Source: an uncultured Acidobacteriota bacterium
GTDB taxonomy: Bacteria; Acidobacteriota; Thermoanaerobaculia; Gp7-AA8
Reading direction: 5' to 3'
DNA length: 64,000 nt
Assembly (NCBI GenBank): GCA_963822445.1
Contig: CAWGHO010000001.1
Coordinates: forward strand, 864,001-928,000
The notes below the pieces were generated by a model. That model was not told the origin of the DNA, ran no database searches, and saw only the letters and a program-made list of their open reading frames with translations. Below, one piece after another: positions 19,292 through 32,020 of the stretch. Both the position numbers and the translations under genes were made by a program. Position 1 is the first letter of the stretch; every line of letters begins with the position of its first letter.

Positions 19292-21451
19292 TTAGTCGCG
19301 TTTGATCTTGCCGCCGCTGCTGCGGTTGCCGCCATCGGACGATCCGCCCGACTTGCTTCCGCCGCCGCTGGTCGACGATTTGCCTGAGCTGCCCGAGCTG
19401 CCCGAGGAACTGCCACGGTCGACTCTGCTTCCGCCGCTGCTGCTGCGTGAGCCGCTGTCGCGGGAGCCGCTGCTCTCGCGAGGCTTGGCGGTGCTGCCGC
19501 CGCCGTCGTTGTCCCGGCGGCGGGTCGTGCCTGCGCTCTCACGCGAGCGGGTGCTCGTGCTGCTGCTGTCGTCCTTTTCGCGAGGAACCACACGCGCGCC
19601 GCCGATGCGGTCGATCACGCGGGCGGGTACATCGCCCGATCCACGGCTGGTCGACTCGCGCGACGACTCGCGGGTCACGGTCACGGAATCGCTCGGTTCA
19701 GAGTCGCGGCTGCGGTTGCGCCAGGAGCTGTCCCGCGAGATCGCGGTGCGATCGCGAGTCGCCGACGGACTCTCGGAAGGCGTCGCCGTCGCGGGCTGGT
19801 CGCTGCCGCCGCGGTTGCCGAGGCGATCGCGCCAGGAAGAAGTGCCCGATGACGTCGAATCGCGGTCCACGCTGGCCGGTGTCTCGGCGGCGCGATCGCG
19901 TCCCACGATCACCGGATCGCGGCGCCGGGTCGTCCCTTCGACAGGCTGGGTCGTCGCGCCGCTTCCGCTTCCGGGCGCGAGACCGCTGCGGCCGATGGAG
20001 CTGCCGCCGGTCGACGGCACGTTGCCGATCACGCGAGAGCCGCCGGCCGCGTCGCGGCCACGCGTCCGCACGATGTTGTCGCGAACGGAGGCGCCGAGGT
20101 TCGGATCGCGGCGAATGAAGCCGGTCAGGTCAGTGGGCTGATTCACGCCGGTCGCGCCGGACGTGTCGCCACCCAGACCACGGCGGCGGATCGCGGCGGC
20201 CGGATCGCGGACTTCTTCACGTGTGAACCGCGAGGGTCCACCGGCCACGGTCGCGAATCCACCGCTGCCGGTGCGGCCGAGGCGCTGTTTGATCGCGTCG
20301 GTCGTCAATGCTGCCCGATCGATGCGGTTGCTGAAGATGTGGTTCGAGTCGATGAACGTCCAGGGACGCAGGTCGAGATCGTTGACGCGGATGCGGCCGT
20401 GGAATCCGAAGCCGATGTCGTATCCGGCGCGGCGGTACGGACGGTAGGCCCAGTCGTAGTACGAACGGTGGCAATCCCACCAGCCCGCGGGCGCCCAGCC
20501 GACGTAACCGGAGCCGTACATCCAGTAAACCCAGGCCGGTGAATAGCTGTACCCAGGCACCCAGACCCAGCCGAAGCCGGAATCATGCGCCCAGCGGCCG
20601 TAGTGATACGGAGCCCAGCCCCAGGGATCGTGCGAGACCCAGGTCAGGCAACCGGTGCGGCTGGTGAACCAGTAGCCGTTGTAGTACGGACGCCAGCCCA
20701 CGGAGACGTATGGACGCCACGACCAGCCGATGCCGGTCGCGAAGACCCAGCGGCCATGTGTGTCGAGATCGTCGGACCAGTAGGAGAGGCGGCGATCCAT
20801 GTAGCGGTTGTCGTAGGAGCCGTAACGCTCGGCGCGCTTGAGAAACCAGCGCTCGAAGTCATCGGCGGCAGCGCGCTGATCGCCGACCAGGTCGAACACG
20901 CCTTCGTTGTCGACCGATGCCGACTCACCTTCGCGCAGGCGCGTGGTTTTTGCCGGCGTGCGCACTTCGACCGATCCGTCGAACACGGAGACGCGGTCGC
21001 GGCCGCGCGTGTCGGTCTCGACCGAGTACACGGCTTCGTGAGTCGCCACGTAACTGGCGTTGTCGGTATCGAGGCGGACGTGCTGGCGGCCGATGTCGGT
21101 GCGATGCACGGCCACCTTGCCGAAGCGGAGCGTTGCGACGGTCTCGTTCGAATCGCCTTCGTAGCTGTCGAGGATCGAATCGAAGCGGAGGGAGGTCGCG
21201 CGATCGACGCCGAGGATGTTGCCGTCGGACAGATGCACCTCGGCGCGTCCACGGCGTGCAGTGACGATCTCGTCGCCCGGGTAGATCGGGAGGTTGCGAT
21301 GTGCTTCGACGTCCCGGCCGTCAGTGCGGACGATCGTGCCGCCGTCGTCGTACGAGATGTACGACTGGTGCCGCTCGTCGGCGCTCAGGGTGAACGCGAG
21401 GGTGAGAGTGAGGAGGGTGAGGAATGCGGATCTCGTTGCGAGGTGTCTCAT
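19292..21451 (-). CDS. secreted FecR-like plus DUF6600-like protein with Ser/Gly/Arg-rich disordered tail
   Basis: Signal peptide; NLPIYPGDEIVT..RAEV (FecR-like); DLDTHGRW, WRPYYNGYW, DPWGWAPYHYGRW, GWVWVPG, SPAWV (DUF6600-like); GGAGA RBS. Confidence 0.82.
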   Translation of the reverse strand: MRHLATRSAFLTLLTLTLAFTLSADERHQSYISYDDGGTIVRTDGRDVEAHRNLPIYPGDEIVTARRGRAEVHLSDGNILGVDRATSLRFDSILDSYEGDSNETVATLRFGKVAVHRTDIGRQHVRLDTDNASYVATHEAVYSVETDTRGRDRVSVFDGSVEVRTPAKTTRLREGESASVDNEGVFDLVGDQRAAADDFERWFLKRAERYGSYDNRYMDRRLSYWSDDLDTHGRWVFATGIGWSWRPYVSVGWRPYYNGYWFTSRTGCLTWVSHDPWGWAPYHYGRWAHDSGFGWVWVPGYSYSPAWVYWMYGSGYVGWAPAGWWDCHRSYYDWAYRPYRRAGYDIGFGFHGRIRVNDLDLRPWTFIDSNHIFSNRIDRAALTTDAIKQRLGRTGSGGFATVAGGPSRFTREEVRDPAAAIRRRGLGGDTSGATGVNQPTDLTGFIRRDPNLGASVRDNIVRTRGRDAAGGSRVIGNVPSTGGSSIGRSGLAPGSGSGATTQPVEGTTRRRDPVIVGRDRAAETPASVDRDSTSSGTSSWRDRLGNRGGSDQPATATPSESPSATRDRTAISRDSSWRNRSRDSEPSDSVTVTRESSRESTSRGSGDVPARVIDRIGGARVVPREKDDSSSTSTRSRESAGTTRRRDNDGGGSTAKPRESSGSRDSGSRSSSGGSRVDRGSSSGSSGSSGKSSTSGGGSKSGGSSDGGNRSSGGKIKRD

Positions 21452-21486
21452 GGGGATCTCTCCTGCCAAGTCGAGAGCGTTCCAGT

Positions 21487-21502
21487 TGCGGTCCGGGTGC
21501 CA
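21487..21502 (-). promoter_or_regulatory. putative sigma54 promoter (-24/-12) with nearby IHF-like site
   Basis: Minus strand TGGCACCCGGACCGCA (GG-N10-GC); TTTCAACGACTTA at 21530-21542 resembles WATCAANNNNTTR. Confidence 0.55.
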
Positions 21503-21599
21503 CGCTACGGTTGAGTATTCCGCTCGTGTTTTCAACGACTTAGCTGAAGCGCTCGATTGGCTTCTGTCCTCGATTGAGGAACAGGGCGTCACCAAAACA

Positions 21600-22340
21600 C
21601 TACGTCCCGAATTGCAGCCGGTGCGCGAGCACGTCCGGGAGGCCGGCCTTGAGGATCGACGTCTGTGTTTTCTTCACGTCGTACTCCGTCCGGAAAAACT
21701 GAACCGTGCGCTTGTCGGAATCGAAAATCACGAACGACGCGTGAGGAATCCGGTCGCGCGGCTGTCCTACCGAGCCGGGGTTGATCAGATACCGAAACCG
21801 CGGGTCGAGCTTCACCGTGGCATCCCCGCGGACGGCAAACCCGCTCACGTTCTGCTTCTCATCGAGGGTGAAAACCGCCGGCAGATGGGTGTGGCCGAAG
21901 AGGATGAACGGCTGGTTGAACAGCGCCATGACCTGCGCGGCGTGGTGGACGTTGAAGACGTACTCGTCCTCGTCGTACGGCGAGCCGTGACAGAGCATCA
22001 CGTTTTTGTGAATGACCGGGCCGACGGTCAGATCGCGCAGAAAGCTGCGATTGCGCGGACTGAGGTGGTCCCGGGTCCAGAGCGCGGCCGCCTTTGCCGC
22101 GTGATTGAAGCCGCTGGCGTCGTCGAGTCCCGCGGCCACGCGATCGTGATTGCCGCGGATGTAGAGCTTGCGGCCTTTCATCGTGCGCATGGTGTCGAGG
22201 ATCTGATTCGGCTGCGCGCCGTAACCGACGAAGTCGCCGAGGCAGATCACGGTGTCGAACTTCTTGCGGCGCACGCGGGCCATTACCGACTTGAGGGCCT
22301 CCGAGTTCGCGTGGAGGTCGCTGACGACGAGCGCTCTCAC
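21600..22340 (-). CDS. calcineurin-like metallophosphoesterase
   Basis: [39 protein letters not shown]. Confidence 0.92.
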   Translation of the reverse strand: MRALVVSDLHANSEALKSVMARVRRKKFDTVICLGDFVGYGAQPNQILDTMRTMKGRKLYIRGNHDRVAAGLDDASGFNHAAKAAALWTRDHLSPRNRSFLRDLTVGPVIHKNVMLCHGSPYDEDEYVFNVHHAAQVMALFNQPFILFGHTHLPAVFTLDEKQNVSGFAVRGDATVKLDPRFRYLINPGSVGQPRDRIPHASFVIFDSDKRTVQFFRTEYDVKKTQTSILKAGLPDVLAHRLQFGT

Positions 22341-22876
22341 GCCCGTCTCCAGATCGCGGCCTTCTTCGCCGACTCGAGCACGCTCTTCGGCAGCTCGAGG
22401 AGCAGGCGCTCGACGATCTCGATCGGCGTCTCGTCCTCGCGCACTTCGATGGTCAGATCGGACATCCGGTAGTAGCGGATGCGGTTCGCGTACAGCTCGT
22501 GCGTGGAAATGTCGTCGCGGAACAGCGGCCGGTCGTCCTTCGTCCCCACCCGCGAGCGAAGGAGCGCGTACGGCGCGGAGAGGTACACCGACATCCCCTC
22601 GGACTGGATGAACTGGATGTTCTCGTCGAACGTGAATGTGCCGCCGCCCGTTGCGACGATGCCGCTCTCGAGGTGTTTCGTCGATTTCAGGAGATCGCGC
22701 TCCCGTTTGCGGAAGTACGCCTCGCCGTGGACCGCGAAAATCTCCTTGATGGTCATCTTCTCCGCGGTCTCGATCAGCTCATCGAGGTCGAAGAAAGGCG
22801 CGTCGATACGCGCTGCCAGCTCCCGGCCGATGGTGGTCTTGCCGGAGCCCATGAAGCCGACCAGGTAGATTTTCAT
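22337..22876 (-). CDS. aroK: shikimate kinase
   Basis: [40 protein letters not shown]. Confidence 0.93.
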   Translation of the reverse strand: MKIYLVGFMGSGKTTIGRELAARIDAPFFDLDELIETAEKMTIKEIFAVHGEAYFRKRERDLLKSTKHLESGIVATGGGTFTFDENIQFIQSEGMSVYLSAPYALLRSRVGTKDDRPLFRDDISTHELYANRIRYYRMSDLTIEVREDETPIEIVERLLLELPKSVLESAKKAAIWRRA

Positions 22877-22901
22877 TGTGACAGGAACGACGGCGGAGCG
22901 T

Positions 22902-24247
<1,346 letters not shown>

Positions 24248-24261
24248 GTCTGGTTCGGGAG

Positions 24262-24756
<495 letters not shown>

Positions 24757-24767
24757 ATGGCTACCTC

Positions 24768-25123
24768 TCAGACTCAACTCGTCGCGAAGCAAATGCTTGG
24801 CCTTCGCGAGCTCGTAGCGCGCGCGGCCGTAGTTCCCATCCGGACTGAGGACGAGCAGGATGTAGTACTCGGGCGTGACCTCGGAGAGAAAAGCGATGTA
24901 TTTCTCGGTGACCAGGGAGAACTGCTGCACGTCGCCGGTATTCAGCTCGGTGTTGCGCGGCGCTGATCGATTTGATGAAGCCTCCGAACTCGGCGCCGAG
25001 GACTTCCAGGGGGACGTCGCCGCCGCGGAGGGTCTCGATGGCGATGCCGTCGAGTCCGATCAGGCTGGCGGCCATGGCGCCTTCGACGCGCGCGCGCAGG
25101 CCGGCCAGTACGTCCTTAAACAC
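24768..25123 (-). CDS. Roadblock/LC7 (MglB/MglC-like) protein (frameshift ~24960; 3' end uncertain)
   Basis: VEGAMAASLIGLDGIAIE, YYILLVLSPDGNYGRARYEL. Confidence 0.8.
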
Positions 25124-26193
25124 GCCCCACCTCTTTCCGCGAGACCTTGGCCAGCCAGTTCTCCAGCTTGACGACGGTGCGGCGCTTGTCGAGCATCGCC
25201 AGCTTCGCGGTCACGGCGTGATTGTCGGGGTCGCGGGCGAGGATGTTCTCGTAGATGTGGCGGGCGTCGTCGATCAGCCCCTGGCGCGCGTAGAGATCGG
25301 CCATGGTGATCGTGCTGGACACGTCGTCGGAGACGCCGGCTGGTGCAGGCTCGGTCGGCGCGAAGACATCCGATTCGTCGTTCGAAAGCGGCAGCGGCTC
25401 TTCCTCCTTCGTAGACCGGTGACGGCACTTCAGCAGAGAGGGGCGCCGCGTCGACGTGGAAACCGCTCGGCGCCTCGATGGTCAGCGCGGCCGAGCTGTA
25501 ATCCGAGGCCGGTTCTTCGAAGGGGCTTTCTTCATGCGCGACCGACATCGGCTCGGCGTCACCGGTCGCTTCCGCGATGCGGGCTTCTTCTTCTTCTGCA
25601 CTGGCCTGCAATGCCTCGTCGAAGGGCGATTCCATGGTCGGGATCGGCGGTTCGGCGGGGGCGGGAGTGAAACCGATCGCGGTGTCCTCGCCGGAGAAGG
25701 GTTGCTCGGGCTCGGGTTCCGGTTCGGGTTCCGGCTGAGGTGCCGGGGGCGGTGCAGGTTCCGGAGCGGCGGCCGGCGCACGCAGGTCGCGGTCGAGCGC
25801 GTCGATCTGTTCCTTCAGATCGTCGTCCGGCATCAGCGCGTAGACGAGCTTGTACTTTTTGATGGCTTCGACTTTTTCGCCGAGGTTCAGGTAGGCATCG
25901 GCGAGCAGGCGCGCGGCCACGACGTTGCCGGGATCGAGCTGGAGGGCTTTCGTAAGCGCCTCGACGGCATCGTTGTCCTTCTTCTGATCGCGGAGGACGC
26001 GGCCGAGGCTGACCCAGGCGGAAAGATAGGTGGCGTGAACGGTCAGACCGGTGCGGAGAACCCGCTCGGCCTCGTCGGTCTGGCCGACTTTCCGAAGCTC
26101 CTCCGCCAGCGGGTAAAAAAGGCGGCTCTTCGGGTCAGTCTTGACCTTGAATCGAAGCTCTTCGATTTTCGCGTTCGTCGCCGGTTGAGCCAT
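25116..26193 (-). CDS. TPR protein with acidic Pro-rich linker and C-terminal TPR-like helix pair (frameshifts ~25320-25410)
   Basis: DPKSRLFYPLAEELRK, YLSAWVSLGR, ALQLDPGNVVAARLLAD; C-term TITMADLYARQG..IYENILARDPDN. Confidence 0.82.
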
Positions 26194-26224
26194 CGCGGAC
26201 CCTGAATTCTAACTGCACCAGACA

Positions 26225-26252
26225 CGAACCGCCCCACGGAGGGGGCGGTTCG
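26225..26252 (-). terminator. GC-rich hairpin after the IPT/TIG lipoprotein gene (weak U tract)
   Basis: CGAACCGCCCC-acggag-GGGGCGGTTCG. Confidence 0.5.
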
Positions 26253-26276
26253 GTGAAGTTCATGTCGATAAAACGA

Positions 26277-28304
26277 TTAGTTGGCGTTACCGCTGAAGCA
26301 GATGTCCACAAACGGCGTATCGGGGTCGTTGGTGTTGACTCGAATCGTCCCGGAGTAAGCACCTGCGGCCGTCGGATTCGCGGTGACGGTGAATGTCGAG
26401 CTGGCCTGAGGCGCAATCGTACCCGTCGTCGGTGAGACGGTGAACGATGCGTTCACCGCTGCCGTTTGAGTCAATGAGCTGACGACCAGCGGCTGACCGC
26501 CGGTGTTCGTAACGCTGATCGTCGCCGTCGAGGTCGCTGTATTCAATACCGGTTCCGGAGCCATCGGGTTTCCGGCCGGGCAGTTAGCCGCCGGAGTGAC
26601 CACAGCGTTCGGTGGCGGCGGCGTGACGCACGGACACGGCATCGGGTCGCAAGGACTGACGGTTACCGCGTCCTCTACTGTGTCGGTGCATCCAGTCGTT
26701 GAGTTCGTGTAGGTAATATCCAGCTGGACCGGCAGCCGTCGCGTTCCCGTCACACCGCCTCCATCGACGCAGGCCTCAGTCGGGAAGGTGAGGGTGCTGG
26801 GCACGGGCACGGTGAATGTGGCAAACGTTCCGTCCGCGCTGAACACCGGTGTCGCGAAGAATGTTGAGTCGCCAATCTTGATTTTGTTCGCGCCCGGCTG
26901 CGCGTTCAGAACGGTGATGGTGACGGACTCGCCCGGCAGAACCGGGTTCGCGGAGTCATTGCCATTCGGTACCACCGCGCTGATTGCCGGAGCCGGTACC
27001 CGGAACGTGAAACTCGGCCCTGAGGCGGTGTCTCCGTTCGAGAGATTCGTAACGGTGATCGGCCCCGCGACATCCGCACACGTCGTTATGACCACACCCG
27101 AGGTGATGGCGATGACGCGCGTTCCGCTCACGAATACCGGCTGCGCTGCCACGCCGCCGATGGTCACCGCGACCGGAGCGACGAAGCCGTTGCCGTCGAT
27201 GGTGACGCGCGTGCCGCCGGTAAACGGCCCTTCGGTCGGACCCGCGGCGATGACGTCGATCGCGGCGACGTAACGGAAACCGCCCGCGAGCGTGGTGCGG
27301 GTCTGGGAGTTGATGTTCACGACGGTGATGTCGACCGGTCCTGTCACGACTCCGCTTCCATTGGGAGACGTGTCGCGCGCTGCCGGGGCCTCGACGATGA
27401 TCTCCGTAAAGCCGACCTGCACCACCCTCGCCTCGGCATTGCCGAACAGGACCTGAGCAGGCGCCTGGAAGCCGTCGCCGATGATGCTCACCAGCGTGCC
27501 GCCAAGGATCGGGCCGGAGTTCGGCGTGGCCGTGGAGATCCGCGGCGTGAGCTGTTCGTTGCGGAAGGTGAATCCGTCGGTCACGTCGACGCTCTGCTCG
27601 TTCGTCGAGCCGGCGCGGGTGATGACGATGACGCGCGATGCGAGCTCCTGACCGGCGCCGAGATTCACAGGCGGCGTGATCACTTCGATCTGCGTGTCGG
27701 TGCGGGAAACGACGAATCCTTCGACCGGAGCGGCACCGCCGACGTCGAAGAGCACCTTGACCGGTCCGATGAAGTTCGTGCCGGTGATACGGATGGTCTG
27801 GCCGCCCGAAGGACGGCCGATGGAGGGAGTGATCGATTGAATCGAGGGCGCGGTGCCCGGCACCGGGGGCGTCACCGGACGCGCGCGGAACGTGACGTCT
27901 ACCGTGCGGGTGACGTTGTTGACCGTGGCGGTGATGCGAGTCGCACCGGGGGTTGCCGCGGTCAGCGTCGCCGAGGCGACGCCGTTCGTGGTCGTGCGGA
28001 TCGTCGTCGAGGCCAGCGTGTCAGTGAACGTGCCGTTGTTCGAGGAGAACTCGACGGCCGTTCCGTTCGGGACAGGCTGTCCGTCCAGGGTCACGTTCGC
28101 GGTGATCACTACGGTCGAGTCGACCAGAGGGTCGGCGTTCGAGGTCGTGAGATTGAGCGTGACGCCCGATGGCGGCGTGGTACCACCCGGGGGGATCGAC
28201 CCTCCCGGCGGCGGAGCGGTCGGCGACTCGCCTTTGCATGCGCCGAACACGAGCAGCAGCGCGATGAGCGCCACTGATGGAATTCGCTTCGTCATTTTGA
28301 TCAT
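26277..28304 (-). CDS. lipoprotein with Big_1-like, IPT/TIG repeats and C-terminal ASH-like Ig domain
   Basis: Lipobox LVFGAC; PVPNGTAVEF..TTNGVASATL; three PxxGPxxGGTxVxIxGxxF-type repeats; ISVTNTGGQPLVV..IRVNTNDPD. Confidence 0.85.
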   Translation of the reverse strand: MIKMTKRIPSVALIALLLVFGACKGESPTAPPPGGSIPPGGTTPPSGVTLNLTTSNADPLVDSTVVITANVTLDGQPVPNGTAVEFSSNNGTFTDTLASTTIRTTTNGVASATLTAATPGATRITATVNNVTRTVDVTFRARPVTPPVPGTAPSIQSITPSIGRPSGGQTIRITGTNFIGPVKVLFDVGGAAPVEGFVVSRTDTQIEVITPPVNLGAGQELASRVIVITRAGSTNEQSVDVTDGFTFRNEQLTPRISTATPNSGPILGGTLVSIIGDGFQAPAQVLFGNAEARVVQVGFTEIIVEAPAARDTSPNGSGVVTGPVDITVVNINSQTRTTLAGGFRYVAAIDVIAAGPTEGPFTGGTRVTIDGNGFVAPVAVTIGGVAAQPVFVSGTRVIAITSGVVITTCADVAGPITVTNLSNGDTASGPSFTFRVPAPAISAVVPNGNDSANPVLPGESVTITVLNAQPGANKIKIGDSTFFATPVFSADGTFATFTVPVPSTLTFPTEACVDGGGVTGTRRLPVQLDITYTNSTTGCTDTVEDAVTVSPCDPMPCPCVTPPPPNAVVTPAANCPAGNPMAPEPVLNTATSTATISVTNTGGQPLVVSSLTQTAAVNASFTVSPTTGTIAPQASSTFTVTANPTAAGAYSGTIRVNTNDPDTPFVDICFSGNAN

Positions 28305-28322
28305 GTGATCCCCCGATCGCCG

Positions 28323-28919
28323 CTAGGCGCACCCACCACAGTTGAAGCAGAAATCCAGCGGGAAGCGGGTCGCGTCGTACACGTTCTCGCCGCCCAGCGT
28401 CTCCCCGAAAATCTCCACGATCACATCCATCTTCACGAGCGGCCGTCCCGTGTCCGGGTCGCGTCCCCCGTTCTGAGGCAACAGCGCAGCAAAGGGCGCC
28501 TGATTCACGGCGTCCGATTCGAGAATGACGAACTCGGTCAGCGACCCGCTGGCGCCCGAGGCGATCAGCGTGTCGACGGTCCGGACGAACGGTGCAGGCA
28601 CCAGGCGTCCGCCGTCGGTCCGCTGATACGAAACGCGGTAACGGGTGATTCGTACCGAGTTGAACGTCCCCCCGACGTTGGAGCTCTTCGGGACGACCTG
28701 CATGTTGATCGTGCCGACGCTCTCATCGCACTCCGGATCGTCATTCGCGGCCAGGTCGAGCTGCTGGAGGTTCTGCGTGTTGGTGACCACGAGCTCGACC
28801 GGGGCGGAGTTGCTGGTCAGCTCGTTGCTGCAACCAATGACCGCCGCGGCCAGCGCGCACGCCGCCAGCGCGATCAGTTTCTTCGTCGATTGAATTGTGG
28901 CCATGGTGGTCGTCCTCAT
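28323..28919 (-). CDS. lipoprotein of unknown function, C-terminal CFNCGGC
   Basis: GGGAGGGG RBS; KKLIALAACALAAAVIGC lipobox; directly follows pilQ. Confidence 0.78.
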   Translation of the reverse strand: MRTTTMATIQSTKKLIALAACALAAAVIGCSNELTSNSAPVELVVTNTQNLQQLDLAANDDPECDESVGTINMQVVPKSSNVGGTFNSVRITRYRVSYQRTDGGRLVPAPFVRTVDTLIASGASGSLTEFVILESDAVNQAPFAALLPQNGGRDPDTGRPLVKMDVIVEIFGETLGGENVYDATRFPLDFCFNCGGCA

Positions 28920-28933
28920 GTGCGCCCCTCCCC

Positions 28934-31462
28934 TTACGACCCTCTCACGATGCGCGGAGTGATGAAGATCAGCAGCTCGTCGTGCGATGTCGAGACGTCG
29001 TGCGAACGGAACAGCGCCCCGATGATCGGGATGTTGTGTACGAACGGCAGCCGCGAGACCGCATCGTTGTCCTTGGTCTGGAAAATACCGGCGATGACGG
29101 CCGTACCGCCATCGCGAACCATCAGCTTGGTGCGGGCCTGCCGCGTGGTGAGTGGCGTGCCCGACGCGCCGACGATCGCGAGACCAGGCGCCGGCTCGTT
29201 CTTCTGAACCTGAATGTCCATGATCACCGTGTTCGCATCCGTGATCTGCGGCGTGACCGTGAGGCTCAGCGTCGCGTCGAGGTAATCGACGGTGGTCGTG
29301 AAGTTCACGCGGGTCTGATACGGGATCTGGAAACCGCTCGTGATCGAGGCGGCCTGATTGTCCTGCGTCGTCACGCGCGGTGCGGAGACGACTTTGATGT
29401 AGCCCTGTGTTTCCGCCGCGGTCAGTGCGAAGTCGAGCGTGAACGAGCCCAGGACGTCGACCAGCTGGAGACTGATCACGTTGCGGCCCGCGCCGAACTC
29501 GAACGGTCCGCCCTGGAAGCCGACCCGGTTCGGGAAGACCAGACCGGTGCCGGTGCCGAGGTTCGGGTCGAGATCGCCGCCGAAGTTCCAGTCGATGCCC
29601 CACTGCTGCGCGAACGTACGCGAGCTTTCCACGATCCGGGCTTCGATGGTCACCTGACGCGTCGGCACGTCGACCGTCACGATCAGGTTCTGCATCGTCT
29701 GCAGGTACTGCGGGATCTCACTGATGATGAGCTGATTCGTGCGCTGGTCAACGAGGATGCGCGCACGCGGCGAAGCCAGTTCCTTGAGCAGCACGGCCAC
29801 GTCGCCGGCGCGGGCATACGAGATCGGGAAGCTGAGGGTCGTCAGCGGAACGTTGAGGCGCTCTTCCTCTTCCAGCTTGCGGGTCGCGGCCGTTTCGGCA
29901 GCAAGGCGCTCGACCCGTCCGATGCGCATCACGTTGCCTTCGATGACGTACGTGAGGTTGTTCTGGCGAAGGATGATGTCGAGGGCCTGATCCCAGGGGA
30001 CGGCAGCGAAATCGACGTTGACCGATCCGGCTACGCCCGGGTCGATGGCCACGTTCAGGCCGGTGATCTCGGCGAACGTGGAGAGGACGTCCTTGATGTC
30101 GGCGTCCTTGAGGTTCAGATCGATCGGCTCGCCGTTGAAGACCTTGCGGCCGGAGCTGAGCGTGCGCGTGCCGAGTGTCTGCGGGCCGGTCGACGGTTGC
30201 GGCGGCTGGGCGAAGACGTTCTCGAGCTGCTGATTGCTGGTGTTCGGAGGCGCTACTTCCTGCGGCGGATTGATGACGCCGCGCGCGCCCTTCGATGCCG
30301 GCTCGGGCATCTTCCAGGTGTTCGCGTTTTCGGCGATGGTCGGGACCTGCGCCGGAATGTCGACCGGCGCGGACTTCTTCGTTACCGGAGCCGGCGCGGG
30401 AGCGGTCTCGAAGACCGAGACGCTGGTTTCAGCCGGTTTCGAGTAGGCCGGCTTGGAGACGGCCGGCGCAGGCGGAGGAGCCGGTGCCGGTTCGGACTTG
30501 CGCGCGACGACCGCGGCCATCGGCGCGTTCGCACCGAAAGACACGCGAAGCTGGTCGCCTTCGTTGTCGATCGTGTACTCGGTCTTGTGGGCGAGGTCGA
30601 TGACCACGCGGGCAACTGTCGGCTGGAACTGGGCAACGCGGACCCGCTTGACGACGTCGTTGTCGACGGTGACCGGGCCTTTGGTGACGCCGTTCTTCAC
30701 ACCGTCGAGGTCGATGACCAGACGGCTGGGGCTCTCGAGGCGGAACGCTTTGTACTTGAGGGCGCCGTCTCCGGTAATGCGCACTTCGACCGCATCGCCC
30801 GTAGAGCGCGCGTCGATGTTGCGGACCGTGCGGGCGCGCGGGAGCGAGGCCGCTTCGGCTTTCGCGGGCGCGGGAGTTTCGACTACCTCTTCGACGACAG
30901 GCTCGGAGACCGGTTCTGCGACCGGCTCCGGAATCGGATCGGGCGTGATCGTCTCGGCGACGGGGACGACGGCCGGGAGGACTTCGATCGCGGACGGCGC
31001 GCTCTCGATGGCGATGGCCGTGGCGGGGATGGTCACGGCGACGGCCTTGTCGAGCGCTGCGACTTCCAGGTTCATCGGCGAGGACATCCGGAACGTGATC
31101 CGGGTCAGCCGGTTGCCCATCTCCACCACTTCCTCGGCGGCGATCGACGTGACGGCGGGAGGCAGGGTCGAGGGAATGGTCAACGCTGCGTCGCGGCTCG
31201 TGCCGGTCAGATCGACGACAAAGACGCCCGGAGTCGGGCTGTAGGAGGTGTAGGCCGGCGCTCCGCTGGTTCGCAGGATCACGCGCGAGCCGTCAATCTC
31301 GACGGCGTTGAGCGTCATCGCGCTGAGGGCTGCGGACTCGGACGGCGACTTCGCCTTCCGGGATCCGAACAGACCCGCGTCGGCAGACCCGACGCTCAGC
31401 AGAAGGATGCCGGCAATCACCACGAATCGCTTGGCTCTTCTCATACTTCCCACCTTCACCAT
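28934..31462 (-). CDS. pilQ: type IV pilus secretin with AMIN domains
   Basis: AMIN-like FRLESPSRLVIDL, VRVAQFQ; FNGEPIDLNLKDADIKDVL, VPWDQALD, QVTIEARIVE, LTVTPQIT, IPIIGALFR, ELLIFITPRI. Confidence 0.95.
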   Translation of the reverse strand: MVKVGSMRRAKRFVVIAGILLLSVGSADAGLFGSRKAKSPSESAALSAMTLNAVEIDGSRVILRTSGAPAYTSYSPTPGVFVVDLTGTSRDAALTIPSTLPPAVTSIAAEEVVEMGNRLTRITFRMSSPMNLEVAALDKAVAVTIPATAIAIESAPSAIEVLPAVVPVAETITPDPIPEPVAEPVSEPVVEEVVETPAPAKAEAASLPRARTVRNIDARSTGDAVEVRITGDGALKYKAFRLESPSRLVIDLDGVKNGVTKGPVTVDNDVVKRVRVAQFQPTVARVVIDLAHKTEYTIDNEGDQLRVSFGANAPMAAVVARKSEPAPAPPPAPAVSKPAYSKPAETSVSVFETAPAPAPVTKKSAPVDIPAQVPTIAENANTWKMPEPASKGARGVINPPQEVAPPNTSNQQLENVFAQPPQPSTGPQTLGTRTLSSGRKVFNGEPIDLNLKDADIKDVLSTFAEITGLNVAIDPGVAGSVNVDFAAVPWDQALDIILRQNNLTYVIEGNVMRIGRVERLAAETAATRKLEEEERLNVPLTTLSFPISYARAGDVAVLLKELASPRARILVDQRTNQLIISEIPQYLQTMQNLIVTVDVPTRQVTIEARIVESSRTFAQQWGIDWNFGGDLDPNLGTGTGLVFPNRVGFQGGPFEFGAGRNVISLQLVDVLGSFTLDFALTAAETQGYIKVVSAPRVTTQDNQAASITSGFQIPYQTRVNFTTTVDYLDATLSLTVTPQITDANTVIMDIQVQKNEPAPGLAIVGASGTPLTTRQARTKLMVRDGGTAVIAGIFQTKDNDAVSRLPFVHNIPIIGALFRSHDVSTSHDELLIFITPRIVRGS

Positions 31463-31493
31463 CTCGCCCTCCCCTGATCCGCGCCCCCGCCCG

Positions 31494-32018
31494 TTATTGC
31501 TTCCCCGATTGCGGCGCAAGATCCTTCACCACCTCACGGAACCGCTCGATGCGCGTCGGATCGTTCACTTCCTGCCGGAACACGATGCCGGTTGCTGTGA
31601 TCCGGATGACTTCTCCGTCGAGGACCTTGTCGCCGACGCGGAGGAGATGCCCCTTGTTATCGGGGCCGTTGATCATGGCCGTCAGACCATGACGTGTTTT
31701 CAAAATGCCCTGGAGCTTCATTTCGTCGATGAGGAACCCGGCCACGCCCGGCGGGCGCTGACCCGGCTCGAGCTTCGGCGCGGGGCCGATGAGCGAGCGG
31801 AACGGATCGCGGCGGCCCTGCGGGTCGTAACGATAGGTGTCGGTGACGGCCGGCTCCTCGAGAATCTCCTCGAGGGTCTTGGCGACTTCGGAGCTGCCCG
31901 TGGTGCCGGTGGCGGTCGTGCCGGTGGTCGTGGTGCTGGTCGCCGGGGCCTGGGCCACCGCCGTGACCACCATGGCCACGACGATCAGCAGCGAGAAAAC
32001 GAGATTGCTCTTTCTCAC
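31494..32018 (-). CDS. pilP: type IV pilus assembly protein PilP-like
   Basis: YDPQGRRDPFRSL, MKLQGIL, AMINGPDNKG..VGD; position between pilO and pilQ. Confidence 0.8.
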   Translation of the reverse strand: MRKSNLVFSLLIVVAMVVTAVAQAPATSTTTTGTTATGTTGSSEVAKTLEEILEEPAVTDTYRYDPQGRRDPFRSLIGPAPKLEPGQRPPGVAGFLIDEMKLQGILKTRHGLTAMINGPDNKGHLLRVGDKVLDGEVIRITATGIVFRQEVNDPTRIERFREVVKDLAPQSGKQ

Positions 32019-32020
32019 GT

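Noticed and set aside
28895-31477. Long antisense ORFs (860 aa opposite pilQ, also 13478..15079, 32219..33622, 50997..52550 and others)
   Set aside because: Shadow frames expected from high-GC codon bias; no recognisable motifs; fully overlap well-supported genes.
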